A DNA stretch of 61,933 nt, the filler included. It is 7 parts of 7 records of this genome, joined end to end, with 100 filler letters (N's around TTAATTAATTAA, not from the genome) between each part and the next. Parts side by side here need not be neighbours in the genome. Positions count along the whole stretch, not along the records: positions 1 to 9,585 come from SRR31156797_53291; positions 9,686 to 22,270 come from SRR31156797_53355; 5 more parts are not named here. The stretch is one strand, 5' to 3'. A program made the position numbers and the translations under genes. The first letter of the stretch is position 1; each line of letters opens with the position of its first letter. Below the pieces are notes generated by a model. The model was not told the DNA's origin. It searched no databases and saw only the letters and a program-made list of their open reading frames with translations. Positions 1 through 9,913 of this stretch are shown here, piece after piece.

Positions 1-394
1 CCGGCTCGGTCATGGCCATGGCCGCCAGGGTGATCTTTTCAGGATGGCTCAGGCGGGCCAGATATCTTTCCTTTTGTTCCGGCGTACCCATGTGCAGGAT
101 CGGTGTGGCCGCCAGATTGGAAGCCATCATGGCGATGCAAAGGGCCGGGCAACCCCAGGACAGCTCCTCACGGACCACGGCCCATGATACCCGATCCCTG
201 ACCCCGGCTCCGCCATATTCTTCCGGGAAGTGAAAGGAGATAAGTCCGGCCTGGTGACCCTTCCGGATCAACTCTTCCGGGTATTTTTCCAGGCGATCAC
301 ATTCCAGGGCAATGGGACGCAGCTCCTTGGCCGCGAAATCGTGGGCTGTCTTCTGAAACATGCGCTGTTCTTCACTGAGTGCGAAACCGATCAT
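1..394 (-). CDS. Acyl-CoA dehydrogenase, N-terminal part (truncated by window start; absent from ORF track)
   Basis: Manual translation from ATG at 394: MIGFALSEEQRMFQKTAHDFAAKELRP...FPEEYGGAG...EELSWGC...GTPEQKERYL...AMAMTEP. These are typical ACAD N-terminal motifs. The start overlaps the upstream stop (ATGA at 391-394) and has a GGAGG RBS. Confidence 0.92.
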   Translation of the reverse strand, partial: MIGFALSEEQRMFQKTAHDFAAKELRPIALECDRLEKYPEELIRKGHQAGLISFHFPEEYGGAGVRDRVSWAVVREELSWGCPALCIAMMASNLAATPILHMGTPEQKERYLARLSHPEKITLAAMAMTEP

Positions 395-1254
395 TTGTCA
401 CCTCCCGTGTAATCGTAAAAGCCGCGGCCCGTCTTACGTCCGAAGTGTCCTGCCCGAACCAGATTCAACTGGGTGGGTGTGGGCCGGTAACGTTCACCAT
501 AGGCCTCGAAAAGATTCCGGCGTACCCGCAGTCCGGTGTCCAGGCCCGAAAAATCGCTGAGCTGAAACGGCCCCATGGGATGGCCGAAGCCCAAACGGCA
601 GGCCTTGTCGATATCTTCCACCGTGGCAATCCCTTCTTCCAGGATACGTGCCGCTTCGGCCCCCCAAAGGGACAGCATGCGGGTGGTAATAAACCCGGCC
701 GTGTCCTTCTTGCAAACCACCGACTCCTTGCCCAGGCGTTTGCACAAATCCAAGGTGGCTTCAAGGGTTTCGGGAGCCGTCTCCAGGCCGCAGACCACCT
801 CGATAAGCTTCATGATGACCGCCGGGTTGAACCAGTGCATGCCGATAAAACGTTCGGCCCGGCCGGTGGCCCCGGCCAGGGCGCTGATGGAGAACTGGGA
901 CGTGTTGCTGGCAAAGATGACCTCCGGCCCGCAGATATGGTCCGCCTTGGCCAGGACCTCCCGTTTCAATTCCATGATTTCGGATACGGTCTCGATCACA
1001 AAGTCCGCTCCGGCCAGATCCGCCATGCTCGTACACCAGGCGATACGGTCCATGATTTCCCGGGGGGAACCTTTAATTTTCCCCTTTTCCTGAAATTTTT
1101 TGAGGCTTCCGGCCATGACTTTCCGGGCCTTATGAAGCGCCTCTTCAAAAGGATCCATGGCCACAACCCGGTATCCCGCGGATGCGGCGGTCTGAGCGAT
1201 GCCCGAGCCCATGATCCCCAGGCCCAGCACACCGATGGTTTCAATTTTTTTCAT
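391..1254 (-). CDS. 3-hydroxyacyl-CoA (3-hydroxybutyryl-CoA-type) dehydrogenase
   Basis: Rossmann motif GVLGLGIMGSGIA, ASNTS, IGMHWFNP (catalytic His), GHPMGPF and GRKTGRGFY. Start placed at ATG 1254 behind a GGAG RBS (ORF track starts at 1266). Confidence 0.93.
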   Translation of the reverse strand: MKKIETIGVLGLGIMGSGIAQTAASAGYRVVAMDPFEEALHKARKVMAGSLKKFQEKGKIKGSPREIMDRIAWCTSMADLAGADFVIETVSEIMELKREVLAKADHICGPEVIFASNTSQFSISALAGATGRAERFIGMHWFNPAVIMKLIEVVCGLETAPETLEATLDLCKRLGKESVVCKKDTAGFITTRMLSLWGAEAARILEEGIATVEDIDKACRLGFGHPMGPFQLSDFSGLDTGLRVRRNLFEAYGERYRPTPTQLNLVRAGHFGRKTGRGFYDYTGGDK

Positions 1255-1313
1255 GACAACCTCCATGGTTTTGATTTAATGTTTGATAGTGTCCGGAAAC
1301 ATCGCATGAAAGG

Positions 1314-2864
1314 TCAGGGCTGACCGTATTTTGAGCGCAATATCTCCTTTTTCACCTTGCTGCCGAAGGAGTCTTTGGGCAGATGGGGTGCAAAGACAAC
1401 GGACGTGGGTTTTTTGTACCCGGCCAGGATCCCTTTGCAGTGGGCCATAACCTCTTGGGCTGTGAGTGCCGCGCCGGGCCGCGGCACCACCACCGCGCGC
1501 ACGCTCTCGCCCCATTTGGGGTGGGGAACGCCGATCACCGCAACCGCGGCCACCTGGGGATGGGTCATGACCGCATCCTCAACCTCCCGGGCATAGACGT
1601 TAAGCCCGCCGGTCTTAATGACATCCTTGAGTCGGTCCACGAAATAGAGATAACCCCGATCGTCCGCCCGGCCCAGATCACCCGTATGAAGCCAGCCCCC
1701 GGACAGGGCCCGGTCGGTCTCCTTGGGGTTGTTATAATAACCCCGCATGACGTTCGGCCCGCGCACCAGTATCTGACCCACCTCTCCAACCGGTACGTCC
1801 TGGCCCTTTTCGTCGGCCAGGCGCACTTCCACGCTCATGTAAGCCTTCCCGATTCCGGGCCAGTGCCGCGGTTTGTCCCAGGGCTTCAGCACCGTCACCC
1901 CCGGCCCGGCCTCCGTAAGTGCGTAGCTGACGTACATCTCACCCCGGGGGAAGAGTTCCCTCTTTATGCGGTCCCGGAAATCCGGCGTGATGTCCCCCTG
2001 GGCGTGCAGCCAGGAGGTTACGGATTCCGTATTGCGACGCCGCTTCATGTTCTCTTCAAGCAGCATGGTCCAGAAAGCCTGATTGCCCACCACAAAGGTC
2101 CCCCGTTCCCGTTCCAGGGTGTCCAAATAGAGGGCCGCATCGAATTTGGGGAGGGCCATGAAGGATCCGCCGGCAAAGATGGTGGCCAGAAACCGGCTCA
2201 ATGCGCCGGAATGGTAGATCTGCATGGGGTAGCAGATGCAGGCATCGGGACTGGGACTTTGATTCTCGGCGATGACGTTGACGGCATTCCAGATCATGTT
2301 CCCATGGGTCAGGACCACCCCCTTGGGGGTCCCCGTGGTTCCGCCGGTAAATAAAATGAACGCGGTATCATCGTTATTCACCGCTACCCCCGGCTCGGTC
2401 TCGGTTCCTTTGGAGAGCAGATCGCCGGTGGAGACCGCGCCGGCGAATTGGCCTTCTTCACCCAGAAGCAACCGGACAATGTCCGTATCCAGGCAACCGT
2501 GAAGATCTTGGGCCCGGCCGGTTTGGTCCGGGTGACAGGCCATGGCCCGGGGCGCCACCAGTTCCAGCAGCTTTGCATGATCGTCTTTTGTCCCCCGGGT
2601 GTCCAAGGGGCATACCACCACCCCAAGCTTGAGACATGCGAAAAACAGCTCCATTAATTCAAGACAATTGCCGCCGAGGGTGGCCATGCGTTCCCCGGAA
2701 CAAAGGCCTTTTGCCGAAAGAGCGTTTGCCAGCCGGTTGACGCGCCCGTTAAAGCGGTCATAGGTCAGCCAGTGCCGGTCGTCCTTAACGGCTTTTTTTT
2801 GGGGGTATTTGGCGGCGCTGCGGGCCAGGGCCCCTCCCAGGGTCATTGGAAAGCTAGTCTTCAT
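1314..2864 (-). CDS. Acyl-CoA synthetase / AMP-dependent ligase
   Basis: P-loop FTGGTTGTPKG, YALTE, GWLHTGDLG, DRLKDVIKTGG. Confidence 0.93.
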   Translation of the reverse strand: MKTSFPMTLGGALARSAAKYPQKKAVKDDRHWLTYDRFNGRVNRLANALSAKGLCSGERMATLGGNCLELMELFFACLKLGVVVCPLDTRGTKDDHAKLLELVAPRAMACHPDQTGRAQDLHGCLDTDIVRLLLGEEGQFAGAVSTGDLLSKGTETEPGVAVNNDDTAFILFTGGTTGTPKGVVLTHGNMIWNAVNVIAENQSPSPDACICYPMQIYHSGALSRFLATIFAGGSFMALPKFDAALYLDTLERERGTFVVGNQAFWTMLLEENMKRRRNTESVTSWLHAQGDITPDFRDRIKRELFPRGEMYVSYALTEAGPGVTVLKPWDKPRHWPGIGKAYMSVEVRLADEKGQDVPVGEVGQILVRGPNVMRGYYNNPKETDRALSGGWLHTGDLGRADDRGYLYFVDRLKDVIKTGGLNVYAREVEDAVMTHPQVAAVAVIGVPHPKWGESVRAVVVPRPGAALTAQEVMAHCKGILAGYKKPTSVVFAPHLPKDSFGSKVKKEILRSKYGQP

Positions 2865-4068
2865 GGTTCACCAACTCGTAGACGATGGCCGATCCCTGGC
2901 CCCCACCCACGCACATGGCCGCCAGGCCGTAGCGCACGCCGCGCCTGCGCATCTCGTGCATGAGCGTGACGGTGAGCCTGGCCCCGGTGGCGCCTATGGG
3001 ATGTCCCAGGGCCATGGCGCCCCCGTTGACGTTTACCTTGTTCGTATCCAGGCCCAGCTCCCGGTAACAGGCCAATGTCTGGGCCGCGAAGGCCTCGTTA
3101 AATTCCACCAGGCCCACATCTTCAATGGTCAACCCGGCCAGTTTCAGCGCTTTTTTTGTTGCCGGTACCGGACCCATACCCATGTAGGCAGGGTCCACAC
3201 CGGCGGAGGCCGTGGCCAGCACCCGCACAATCGGTTTGAACCCCTGCTCCCGGGCCTTGGTTCCGGACATTATGATCACCGCGGCGGCCCCGTCTGAAAC
3301 CGGGGAGGAGGTGGCCGCGGTGACCGATCCGCCCTGGCGGAAGATGGTGGGCAGGGTGGGCATACGTTCAAGTTGGGATTCATCCCGGATGGTTTCGTCG
3401 CGATCAAAGAGAACGGGCTTACCCTTGAGCCGGGGCACGGTAAAGGGGATGACCTCCTGGTCGAACCTCCCTTCTTTCCAGGCTCTGGCCGCCCGGCGGT
3501 GACTCTCCAAGGCCAGGGCCTCTTGCGCCTCACGGGTGATATGGTATTGTTCAGCCACATTCTCGGCCGTTTCACCCATACTGAAATCGCCGTATTTTAG
3601 AGGCGCCGTAGCGCGTCCCCCGGCCAGGATCCGTGGCTCGATGGGTCCCCTGGGAAATCCCGAAACGGGTTTTTCAATGAACCAGGGTTGACGGGTCATT
3701 GAATCCGCTCCTCCGGCAATCATCAGGTCCGCCTCGCCGCACCGTACGGCCTGGGAAGCGCCGGCTATGGCCTGCATACCGGAGGCGCAATTGCGGTCCA
3801 TGGTCAGGCCCGGCACATTTATGGGTAAACCCGCCTCCAACAGGCAGAGACGTGAGAAGCATAGATAGGCCCCCATTACATTGCCCAAAAATACGTCGTC
3901 CATCTCCTCCGGTTTAATGCCGCTCCGCTTCACCAGTTCGCGCAACAGGTGGGCGCCGAATTTCTCGGGCGGGACCAGGCTCAAGGCCCCGCCCGCGCCA
4001 CCGCGGGCCACGGGCAACCGTGCGCCATCGATTATTACTGCATCTTGTGTCATCATATTATTCTCCAT
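2854..4068 (-). CDS. Thiolase (acetyl-CoA C-acyltransferase)
   Basis: Active-site [18 protein letters not shown] and CVGGGQG motifs. Confidence 0.95.
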   Translation of the reverse strand: MENNMMTQDAVIIDGARLPVARGGAGGALSLVPPEKFGAHLLRELVKRSGIKPEEMDDVFLGNVMGAYLCFSRLCLLEAGLPINVPGLTMDRNCASGMQAIAGASQAVRCGEADLMIAGGADSMTRQPWFIEKPVSGFPRGPIEPRILAGGRATAPLKYGDFSMGETAENVAEQYHITREAQEALALESHRRAARAWKEGRFDQEVIPFTVPRLKGKPVLFDRDETIRDESQLERMPTLPTIFRQGGSVTAATSSPVSDGAAAVIIMSGTKAREQGFKPIVRVLATASAGVDPAYMGMGPVPATKKALKLAGLTIEDVGLVEFNEAFAAQTLACYRELGLDTNKVNVNGGAMALGHPIGATGARLTVTLMHEMRRRGVRYGLAAMCVGGGQGSAIVYELVNHED

Positions 4069-4070
4069 TT

Positions 4071-5279
4071 TTAAATAATGCCTTGCTCGCGCAAAGTCAG
4101 GATGTCATTGGAAGAAAGCCCAAGTTTCAAAAGAATCTCATCGGTATGCTCACCCAGTCCGGGAGCGCCGGTTTTTTCCCTTGCCGGGGTCAATGAAAAA
4201 CCCAAAGGGTTTCCCAAGGTTTCCATGGAACCGATACGTCCATGGGGCAGATTCCGCATGAGATGGTTCTCAGCCACCTGGGGATCCTTGAATAGGGTTT
4301 CATAATCATGGACCGGACCGCAGGGTACGTCAGCCCCATCGAGGATTTCCAGCCATCGGTCCGTGCTTCGGGTTATGAAACATTCCGCCAATAACGCCTC
4401 AAGCTCTTTCCTGTGGGCCATTCTCTCCTCCGGCCCCTTAAAACGGGGATCCCGGACGAGCGCCTCTTTCCCGATCGTCCCACACAGTCCGCGCCAGAAC
4501 TTATTGTTGAAAGCCGCCACATTCACATATCCATCCGCGGTGGGGAATGTGCACACGGGGCTGGCAAAAGGGCTCGAATTGCCCGTCTGTTCGGGCGGGC
4601 GGCCCCTGAGCAGGTATTCGGTGATGGTGGTCTGCTGGAGGCTCATGGCCGTGTCCAGCAGATTCACCCGCACCTCCTGTCCCCGGCCGGTTTTTTGGCG
4701 GTGCAGAAGGGCTGCGAGCACCCCCATACAGGAATAGATGGCCGTGGTCATATCCGCCGCGGGCACGCCCAAACGCAGGGGACCCTGTTCCGGTTCGCCC
4801 GAGACGCTCATGAGACCGCTGCACCCCTGAAAAACATGGTCCGTCCCGGCCTTGAGCCGGTAAGGCCCTTTTTCGCCGAAAGCGGTCACGGAAAGATAGA
4901 TGATCTCGGGCCGCAATTCCCGGACCCGCTCGTAATGGAGACCGTAGGCGCGGCGAATGTCGGGCCGGAAATTCTGGATGACCACATCGGCTTTTTCGAT
5001 CAACTGTTCGAGAACCTCCCTACCCTTGGACTTTTCCAGGGCCAGGGTCATCCCTTTCTTGTTGCGGTTCACCGAAAGGAAGAGGGTACTTTCGTCCTCA
5101 ATGAAGGGGCCGATGTGCCGTAATGATTCACCCCCCCGGGGGGACTCGATTTTGATGACTTCCGCTCCCATGTCGCCCAGGAGACTGGCGCACCATGGGC
5201 CGGTGATGAGTTGGGCCAGATCCAGGACCAGGCATCCGTCCAGAATCCCCCTTTGCTTTTGGTCATAGAATTCTGTCAT
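4071..5279 (-). CDS. CaiB/BaiF family (class III) CoA-transferase
   Basis: LDG..VLDL, GP...LLGDMGAEVIKIE, NRNKKG, NFRP, putative catalytic Asp in AGTD, and APGLGEHTDEIL. The real start is probably MTEFYD at 5279 (ATGA overlap with the dctM stop). The ORF-track extension to 5501 lies inside dctM. Confidence 0.92.
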   Translation of the reverse strand: MTEFYDQKQRGILDGCLVLDLAQLITGPWCASLLGDMGAEVIKIESPRGGESLRHIGPFIEDESTLFLSVNRNKKGMTLALEKSKGREVLEQLIEKADVVIQNFRPDIRRAYGLHYERVRELRPEIIYLSVTAFGEKGPYRLKAGTDHVFQGCSGLMSVSGEPEQGPLRLGVPAADMTTAIYSCMGVLAALLHRQKTGRGQEVRVNLLDTAMSLQQTTITEYLLRGRPPEQTGNSSPFASPVCTFPTADGYVNVAAFNNKFWRGLCGTIGKEALVRDPRFKGPEERMAHRKELEALLAECFITRSTDRWLEILDGADVPCGPVHDYETLFKDPQVAENHLMRNLPHGRIGSMETLGNPLGFSLTPAREKTGAPGLGEHTDEILLKLGLSSNDILTLREQGII

Positions 5280-6595
5280 TTCGTCACCATATGTGAAGGA
5301 ATCCACAGGGCCAGTTGCGGAAAGAAAATCACCAGTAGAAGACAAAGGGCCTGCAGAACCACGAACGGTATGATGGAGCGATAGATGTCGCCCATGCCGA
5401 TCCCCTTGGGTACCACGCCTTTCATGATAAAAAGATTGAACCCGAAGGGCGGCGTGAGATATGCCATCTCCATATTGATGATAAAGAGGATGCCGAACCA
5501 CAAGGGGTCGAAACCCAATTGATTGACGATGGGGAGAAATACCGGCGTTGTGATCATGATGACGCCGGCCGGATCAAGGAACATGCCCAGAATAAAAAAG
5601 ATGAACTGCATGATCCCCAGGACGACCCATCGGTTGACGTCCATGTCGGCGAGCATGTTTTGCGTGTGGATGTGCAGTCCGGAAAGGGACATGAGATGAC
5701 TGAAACATACCGCTCCGATCATGATCCAGAGCACCATGGAGTTCAGGCGCAAGGTGCGCATGCAGGCCTGAAAGAGACTCTTTCGGGTCAGCTTGCCGTA
5801 GAAAAGGCTGCACAGAAGGGCGCCGGCAGCGCCGATGGCGGCGGCCTCGGTGGGGGTGCAGACGCCGAAGTAGATCACACCCAAAACTCCGGCAATGAGT
5901 ACGAGAGGCAGAATCACGCCCCGGAGGGCCTTGATCTTATTTCTTAGGGAAATTTTCTCCGGCATGGGTGGACCCAACTCCGGCCGGAAGCGGCACCGTA
6001 CCCCGATATAGATAAAATAGATAACCGTAAGGAGGATCCCCGGCCCCACGCCGCCCATAAAGAGCTGACCGATGGAAACCTCCGCCATGGATCCGTAAAT
6101 GATCATGATGATACTCGGCGGGATGAGAATGCCCAGGGCGCCCCCGGCTGCGATGCACCCCACGGCCAGATCCTTATGATAGCCGCGCTTGAGCATGGAT
6201 GGGAGGGCGATAAGTCCCATGGATACCGTTGCAACGGAGGAGATACCCGCCATGGCCGCAAAAAGGGCGCAAATGACCACGGTGCCGAGGGCCAACCCCC
6301 CCGGCAGATTCCCCAGCCAGCTGTAAACGGCCTGGTACAGGTCGTCCGCCAGGTTGCTGATGCCCATCATGTTGGCCATGAAAATATACAGCGGAATGGC
6401 GATCAATAAATAGTTGGTGACTTCGCCGTAGGCGGTGGAAAAAAGCATATACAACCCCACCGGACCCATGAGGATCAGAATTCCCAAGGTTGCCACTCCG
6501 CCCAGACCGAAACTGATGGGTACACCCAGGGCCAGGAGAAGCAGGACCAGCGCCAGCAAACAGATGATAGTGGTTAGACTAAGCATGATTTTCAA
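5276..6595 (-). CDS. dctM: TRAP transporter large permease (DctM family)
   Basis: Highly hydrophobic. Motifs LIAIPLYI, GALGILIPPS, TPTEAA, TPPFGFNLF. Confidence 0.93.
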   Translation of the reverse strand: MKIMLSLTTIICLLALVLLLLALGVPISFGLGGVATLGILILMGPVGLYMLFSTAYGEVTNYLLIAIPLYIFMANMMGISNLADDLYQAVYSWLGNLPGGLALGTVVICALFAAMAGISSVATVSMGLIALPSMLKRGYHKDLAVGCIAAGGALGILIPPSIIMIIYGSMAEVSIGQLFMGGVGPGILLTVIYFIYIGVRCRFRPELGPPMPEKISLRNKIKALRGVILPLVLIAGVLGVIYFGVCTPTEAAAIGAAGALLCSLFYGKLTRKSLFQACMRTLRLNSMVLWIMIGAVCFSHLMSLSGLHIHTQNMLADMDVNRWVVLGIMQFIFFILGMFLDPAGVIMITTPVFLPIVNQLGFDPLWFGILFIINMEMAYLTPPFGFNLFIMKGVVPKGIGMGDIYRSIIPFVVLQALCLLLVIFFPQLALWIPSHMVTK

Positions 6596-6599
6596 TCCT

Positions 6600-7145
6600 T
6601 CATTCGTTCAGTGCCGTTTCCAGGGGATGCTCCCGCTGGCCAGTGATAATCTGCAATATGTCCCGCATGAGCCTTACCAGAAACTGCAGCAGCATCAGGC
6701 CGGTTCCCACGGGAACGGCCAGTATTGACGGCCACAGGGGCATTGCCATGATGCTCATGGAACGTTTGTCCTCCGTCAGGGCCTCCAGACCGTCCACCAA
6801 CCCTATCCAGGTGATGATTCCCAGAAAGGCGATGGGGAAAATGGCCGTGACCAATTCCACCACCGATTTCTTTCTGAGGCTGAATCGCTGCCAGAAGATG
6901 TCCACCCGGATATGTGCGTCGTTCAGCACGCAGTAACCGCCGCCCATCATGGTAAGTATGCAGAGTAGATACTGGTTTGTTTCGTTGGCCCAACCGGAAG
7001 GCGCGTTGAAAAAATAGCGGCCCACGATTTCACGAAGTAGAATGACCATCATGAGTAGAGTAACCATGCATACCAGCCGTGCCGACCAATTGCTGATGTG
7101 GTCCAGCATGGCCAGAATTTTGCGGATTCTTGAAAAGTCTCCCAT
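6600..7145 (-). CDS. dctQ: TRAP transporter small permease (DctQ family)
   Basis: About four TM segments, RYFFNAP..W..E and HIRVD motifs, directly upstream of dctM. Confidence 0.9.
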   Translation of the reverse strand: MGDFSRIRKILAMLDHISNWSARLVCMVTLLMMVILLREIVGRYFFNAPSGWANETNQYLLCILTMMGGGYCVLNDAHIRVDIFWQRFSLRKKSVVELVTAIFPIAFLGIITWIGLVDGLEALTEDKRSMSIMAMPLWPSILAVPVGTGLMLLQFLVRLMRDILQIITGQREHPLETALNE

Positions 7146-8710
7146 CAGGCCGATCCCCCTTTAGCTGTGGTTCGCAATAAGCGTTTGAGAACTTTACCCG
7201 AGGCGTTGCGAGGCAGTTCCTCCAGGAAAATAAAGCCGCCCTTGGGGAGCTTGAAGGGGGCGAGATGATTCCGCAGGAAAGCCATGAGTTCATCCCCGGT
7301 TGGAGGAACGGCCTCCGGTCGAAGGACCACATGGGCCATGGGCGTCTCACCCCATATTTCGTGGGGTACGCCCACCACCGCCGATTCCAGAACGGCGTCG
7401 TGTAGACCGAGAGCCGCCTCGATTTCCCGGGGATACACATTGAAACCGCCGCTGATGATCATATCCTTCTTCCGGTCAACGATATAAAGATAGCCGTCTT
7501 TGTCGATTTTCCCCAGATCTCCGGTGTGATACCATCCTCCCCGTAAAGCTTCGGCCGTTTCATGGGGTTTCCTCCAATATCCCTTCATGATGTGGGGACC
7601 GCGCACCACGATTTCGCCCACTTCTCCGGCCGGCAGGGGAAGGTCGTCCCCATCGAAGATGCGCACCTGTGCGTTTATCCCCTCCTTGCCCACGGAAGCC
7701 AGTCTTTGCTCTTTTTCCGGCGACCCGTCCAGGATATGGTCGGAACGGTCCAAAAAAGCGATATAGGCGGGTCCGGTCTCGGTAGCCCCGAAGGCCCCCA
7801 TAAACTCCCACCCGAATCTCTCCATGGCCTCTTTGAGCGTGCCCACCGGCATGGGGGCGGCCCCGTAAATAATGGTGCGGATGCTGCTCAGATCATATTG
7901 GTCAAGGTCTTGAAACCGCAGCAGCTTTATCATCATGGTCGGCACAAACAGTGCATTGGTTACTTTTTCCCGTTCAATGGTTTTAAGGACCGCTTCCGGT
8001 TTAAAGCCGTCCAGAAGCACTACCGTGTTGCCCCTGAAGATATTGCCCAGCATGCTGCCCAGTGCTCCGGACTGGTAAAGAGGGGCCGTCACCAAGGAGA
8101 TCTCGTCCAGGGTCAGCCTGCGTGAAACACAAGTGGCCCAGGAATCGCACAACAGATTGTTATGGGTGAGCATGACCCCTTTGGGTTTTCCGGTGGTGCC
8201 GCTGGTGTAGATCAGAAGCGCCGTATCCTCACCGCTCACTTCGGGCTCAACCGGTTTGTGGGAGTCCGAGAACAGCGTTTCATAATCTTGGGGAAAAGGT
8301 CCCGGACCGCCGATTGCAAAGAGATCAATCTTTCCATCCATCAGTCCGGCCCCCTCCAGCTTGGAGAGGTAGGGTGCTCCGGCAATGAGAAAAGAAGGTT
8401 CGGCATCTTCCAGAATTCCGGCTATTTCCGGCGGGCTCAGATGCACGTTAAGGGGGAGCGCCACGCCCCCGGCCTTCATGGTGCCGAAGTATGTCTCCAG
8501 CAACTCCATGGAATTGTGGTTTATCACCGCCACCCGTTGACCGGTCTTGAGTCCCCGTTTCTGCAATCCCGCGGCCAAGGCGTCCGTGCGGGCGTGGAAT
8601 TGGCCGAATGTGCACCTGCGGCCATTTTCCACCAGAAAGTCCTTATCCGGGAAATAGATGGCGTTTTTTTCGGCAAAATAACTCAACAGCATATGGTTTG
8701 CGCTAGGCAT
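7145..8710 (-). CDS. Acyl-CoA synthetase / long-chain-fatty-acid-CoA ligase family
   Basis: YTSGTTGKPKG, FGATE, GWYHTGDLG, DRKKDMIISGG, LPRNASGKVLK. Confidence 0.94.
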   Translation of the reverse strand: MPSANHMLLSYFAEKNAIYFPDKDFLVENGRRCTFGQFHARTDALAAGLQKRGLKTGQRVAVINHNSMELLETYFGTMKAGGVALPLNVHLSPPEIAGILEDAEPSFLIAGAPYLSKLEGAGLMDGKIDLFAIGGPGPFPQDYETLFSDSHKPVEPEVSGEDTALLIYTSGTTGKPKGVMLTHNNLLCDSWATCVSRRLTLDEISLVTAPLYQSGALGSMLGNIFRGNTVVLLDGFKPEAVLKTIEREKVTNALFVPTMMIKLLRFQDLDQYDLSSIRTIIYGAAPMPVGTLKEAMERFGWEFMGAFGATETGPAYIAFLDRSDHILDGSPEKEQRLASVGKEGINAQVRIFDGDDLPLPAGEVGEIVVRGPHIMKGYWRKPHETAEALRGGWYHTGDLGKIDKDGYLYIVDRKKDMIISGGFNVYPREIEAALGLHDAVLESAVVGVPHEIWGETPMAHVVLRPEAVPPTGDELMAFLRNHLAPFKLPKGGFIFLEELPRNASGKVLKRLLRTTAKGGSA

Positions 8711-8724
8711 ATTCAGGGCCTCAT

Positions 8725-9585
8725 TTAAAGACCGATCTGTTTGGCGATGATATTGCGTTGGATTTCGGAAGTTCCCTCTCCGATGGTGTAGACCAGGGCG
8801 TCACGCAGGTAACGCGATACGGGAAACTCGCTCATAATGCCGTAACCGCCGTGAATCTGGATGCTCTCCCGGGCCACATTGACCGCCGTCTCCGAAGCAA
8901 ACAGCTTGCAGGCGCTACCCTCCGTAATACAAGGTTTGCCCTGGTCGATGAGGTGGGCCGCCGACAGGACCATGAGGCGTGCGGCCCGGATGTCGGTATA
9001 CATATCGGCCAATTTGTGGCTGACGGCCTGGAATTTTCCAATGGACCGGCCGAATTGGGTCCTTTCCCCGGCGTATTTCAGGGCGGCTTCGTAGGCGGCC
9101 TGGGCCACTCCCACCATGTTGGCCGCCACGCCCACCCGACCTTCGCTGAGGGTTTCCATGATCAGATTGAATGTGCCTTCTTTTCCTCCCAGAAGGTTTT
9201 CAGGGCCCAGACGGCAATCGTCAAAGGAGACCTCCCCGGTATCGGAGGAACGGATCCCTTCCTTGTCCAGCTTGCGAACGCTGAGCCCCGGCGTGTCGGC
9301 ATCCACGATAAAGAGGCTGATGCCGCGATATCCTTTGGAACGATCCGTATAGGCGGCCACCAAAAAATAGTCGGCAATGGGCGCGTTGGTAATGAAAGTC
9401 TTGGCGCCCCGGAGTACATACGTTTCGCCCTTTTTGTAAGCCGAGGATTGGATGGACTTGGTATCGGAACCGGCGTCCGGTTCGCTCAAAGCAAAGGAGC
9501 CGATTTTTTGACCTTTAATGGCAGGCACGAGATATTCCCGACGCTGGCCGGCCGTGCCCAATCGGTATATGGGATAGGTGGACAG
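8725..9585 (-). CDS. Acyl-CoA dehydrogenase (5'-truncated at contig end)
   Basis: FALSEPDAGSD, G.KTFITNA, ERTQFGR.I, QIHGGYG, IGEGTSEIQR. The frame stays open to the contig edge. Confidence 0.93.
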   Translation of the reverse strand: MSTYPIYRLGTAGQRREYLVPAIKGQKIGSFALSEPDAGSDTKSIQSSAYKKGETYVLRGAKTFITNAPIADYFLVAAYTDRSKGYRGISLFIVDADTPGLSVRKLDKEGIRSSDTGEVSFDDCRLGPENLLGGKEGTFNLIMETLSEGRVGVAANMVGVAQAAYEAALKYAGERTQFGRSIGKFQAVSHKLADMYTDIRAARLMVLSAAHLIDQGKPCITEGSACKLFASETAVNVARESIQIHGGYGIMSEFPVSRYLRDALVYTIGEGTSEIQRNIIAKQIGL

Positions 9586-9685
9586 NNNNNNNNNNNNNNN
9601 NNNNNNNNNNNNNNNNNNNNNNNNNNNNNTTAATTAATTAANNNNNNNNNNNNNNNNNNNNNNNNNNNNNNNNNNNNNNNNNNNN
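9586..9685. other. Artificial contig spacer (N44-TTAATTAATTAA-N44)
   Basis: The same 100-bp pattern occurs six times. The linker gives stops in all six frames, and genes are truncated at the junctions. Confidence 0.99.
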
Positions 9686-9783
9686 ACTGCGAAAGCACGC
9701 AACGCCCACCAAAAAGATAAGTCCCTCTTTTTATTTCTATTAAGTAATAACTAACATTTCGCTTCATTCTTGTGCCTGTACCA

Positions 9784-9833
9784 AAGACCAAAGCGGCCCG
9801 GCAGATGGGTATTCTGCCGGGCCGCAAGGTCTT
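9784..9833 (-). terminator. Stem-loop downstream of flgE, probable intrinsic terminator
   Basis: 13-bp stem GCGGCCCGGCAGA/TCTGCCGGGCCGC (9793-9825), extended by AAGACC/GGTCTT. A second hairpin TATCCCCCG..CGGGGGATA lies at about 9838-9864. Confidence 0.65.
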
Positions 9834-9913
9834 CTGTTATCCCCCGCGGGTCAGACGGGGGATATCTTGGAGAAGGAGTCTATGAGTATGGGTTACTTTA
9901 GACCTCTATGTGC

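Noticed and set aside
5280..5501. N-terminal extension of the CaiB ORF
   Set aside because: It lies within dctM in another frame. An ATGA-coupled start exists at 5279.
379..9633. Many long plus-strand ORFs (379..1323, 1383..2354, 4413..5123, 8758..9633, etc.)
   Set aside because: They are antisense shadows of well-supported minus-strand genes in GC-rich DNA and carry no recognisable motifs.
9630..9641. Recurring TTAATTAATTAA as a biological repeat or CRISPR-like unit
   Set aside because: It is always centred in exactly 88 Ns, so it is a synthetic all-frame stop linker. ORFs running into it (e.g. 8758..9633, 9630..9827, 56809..57210) are artefacts.
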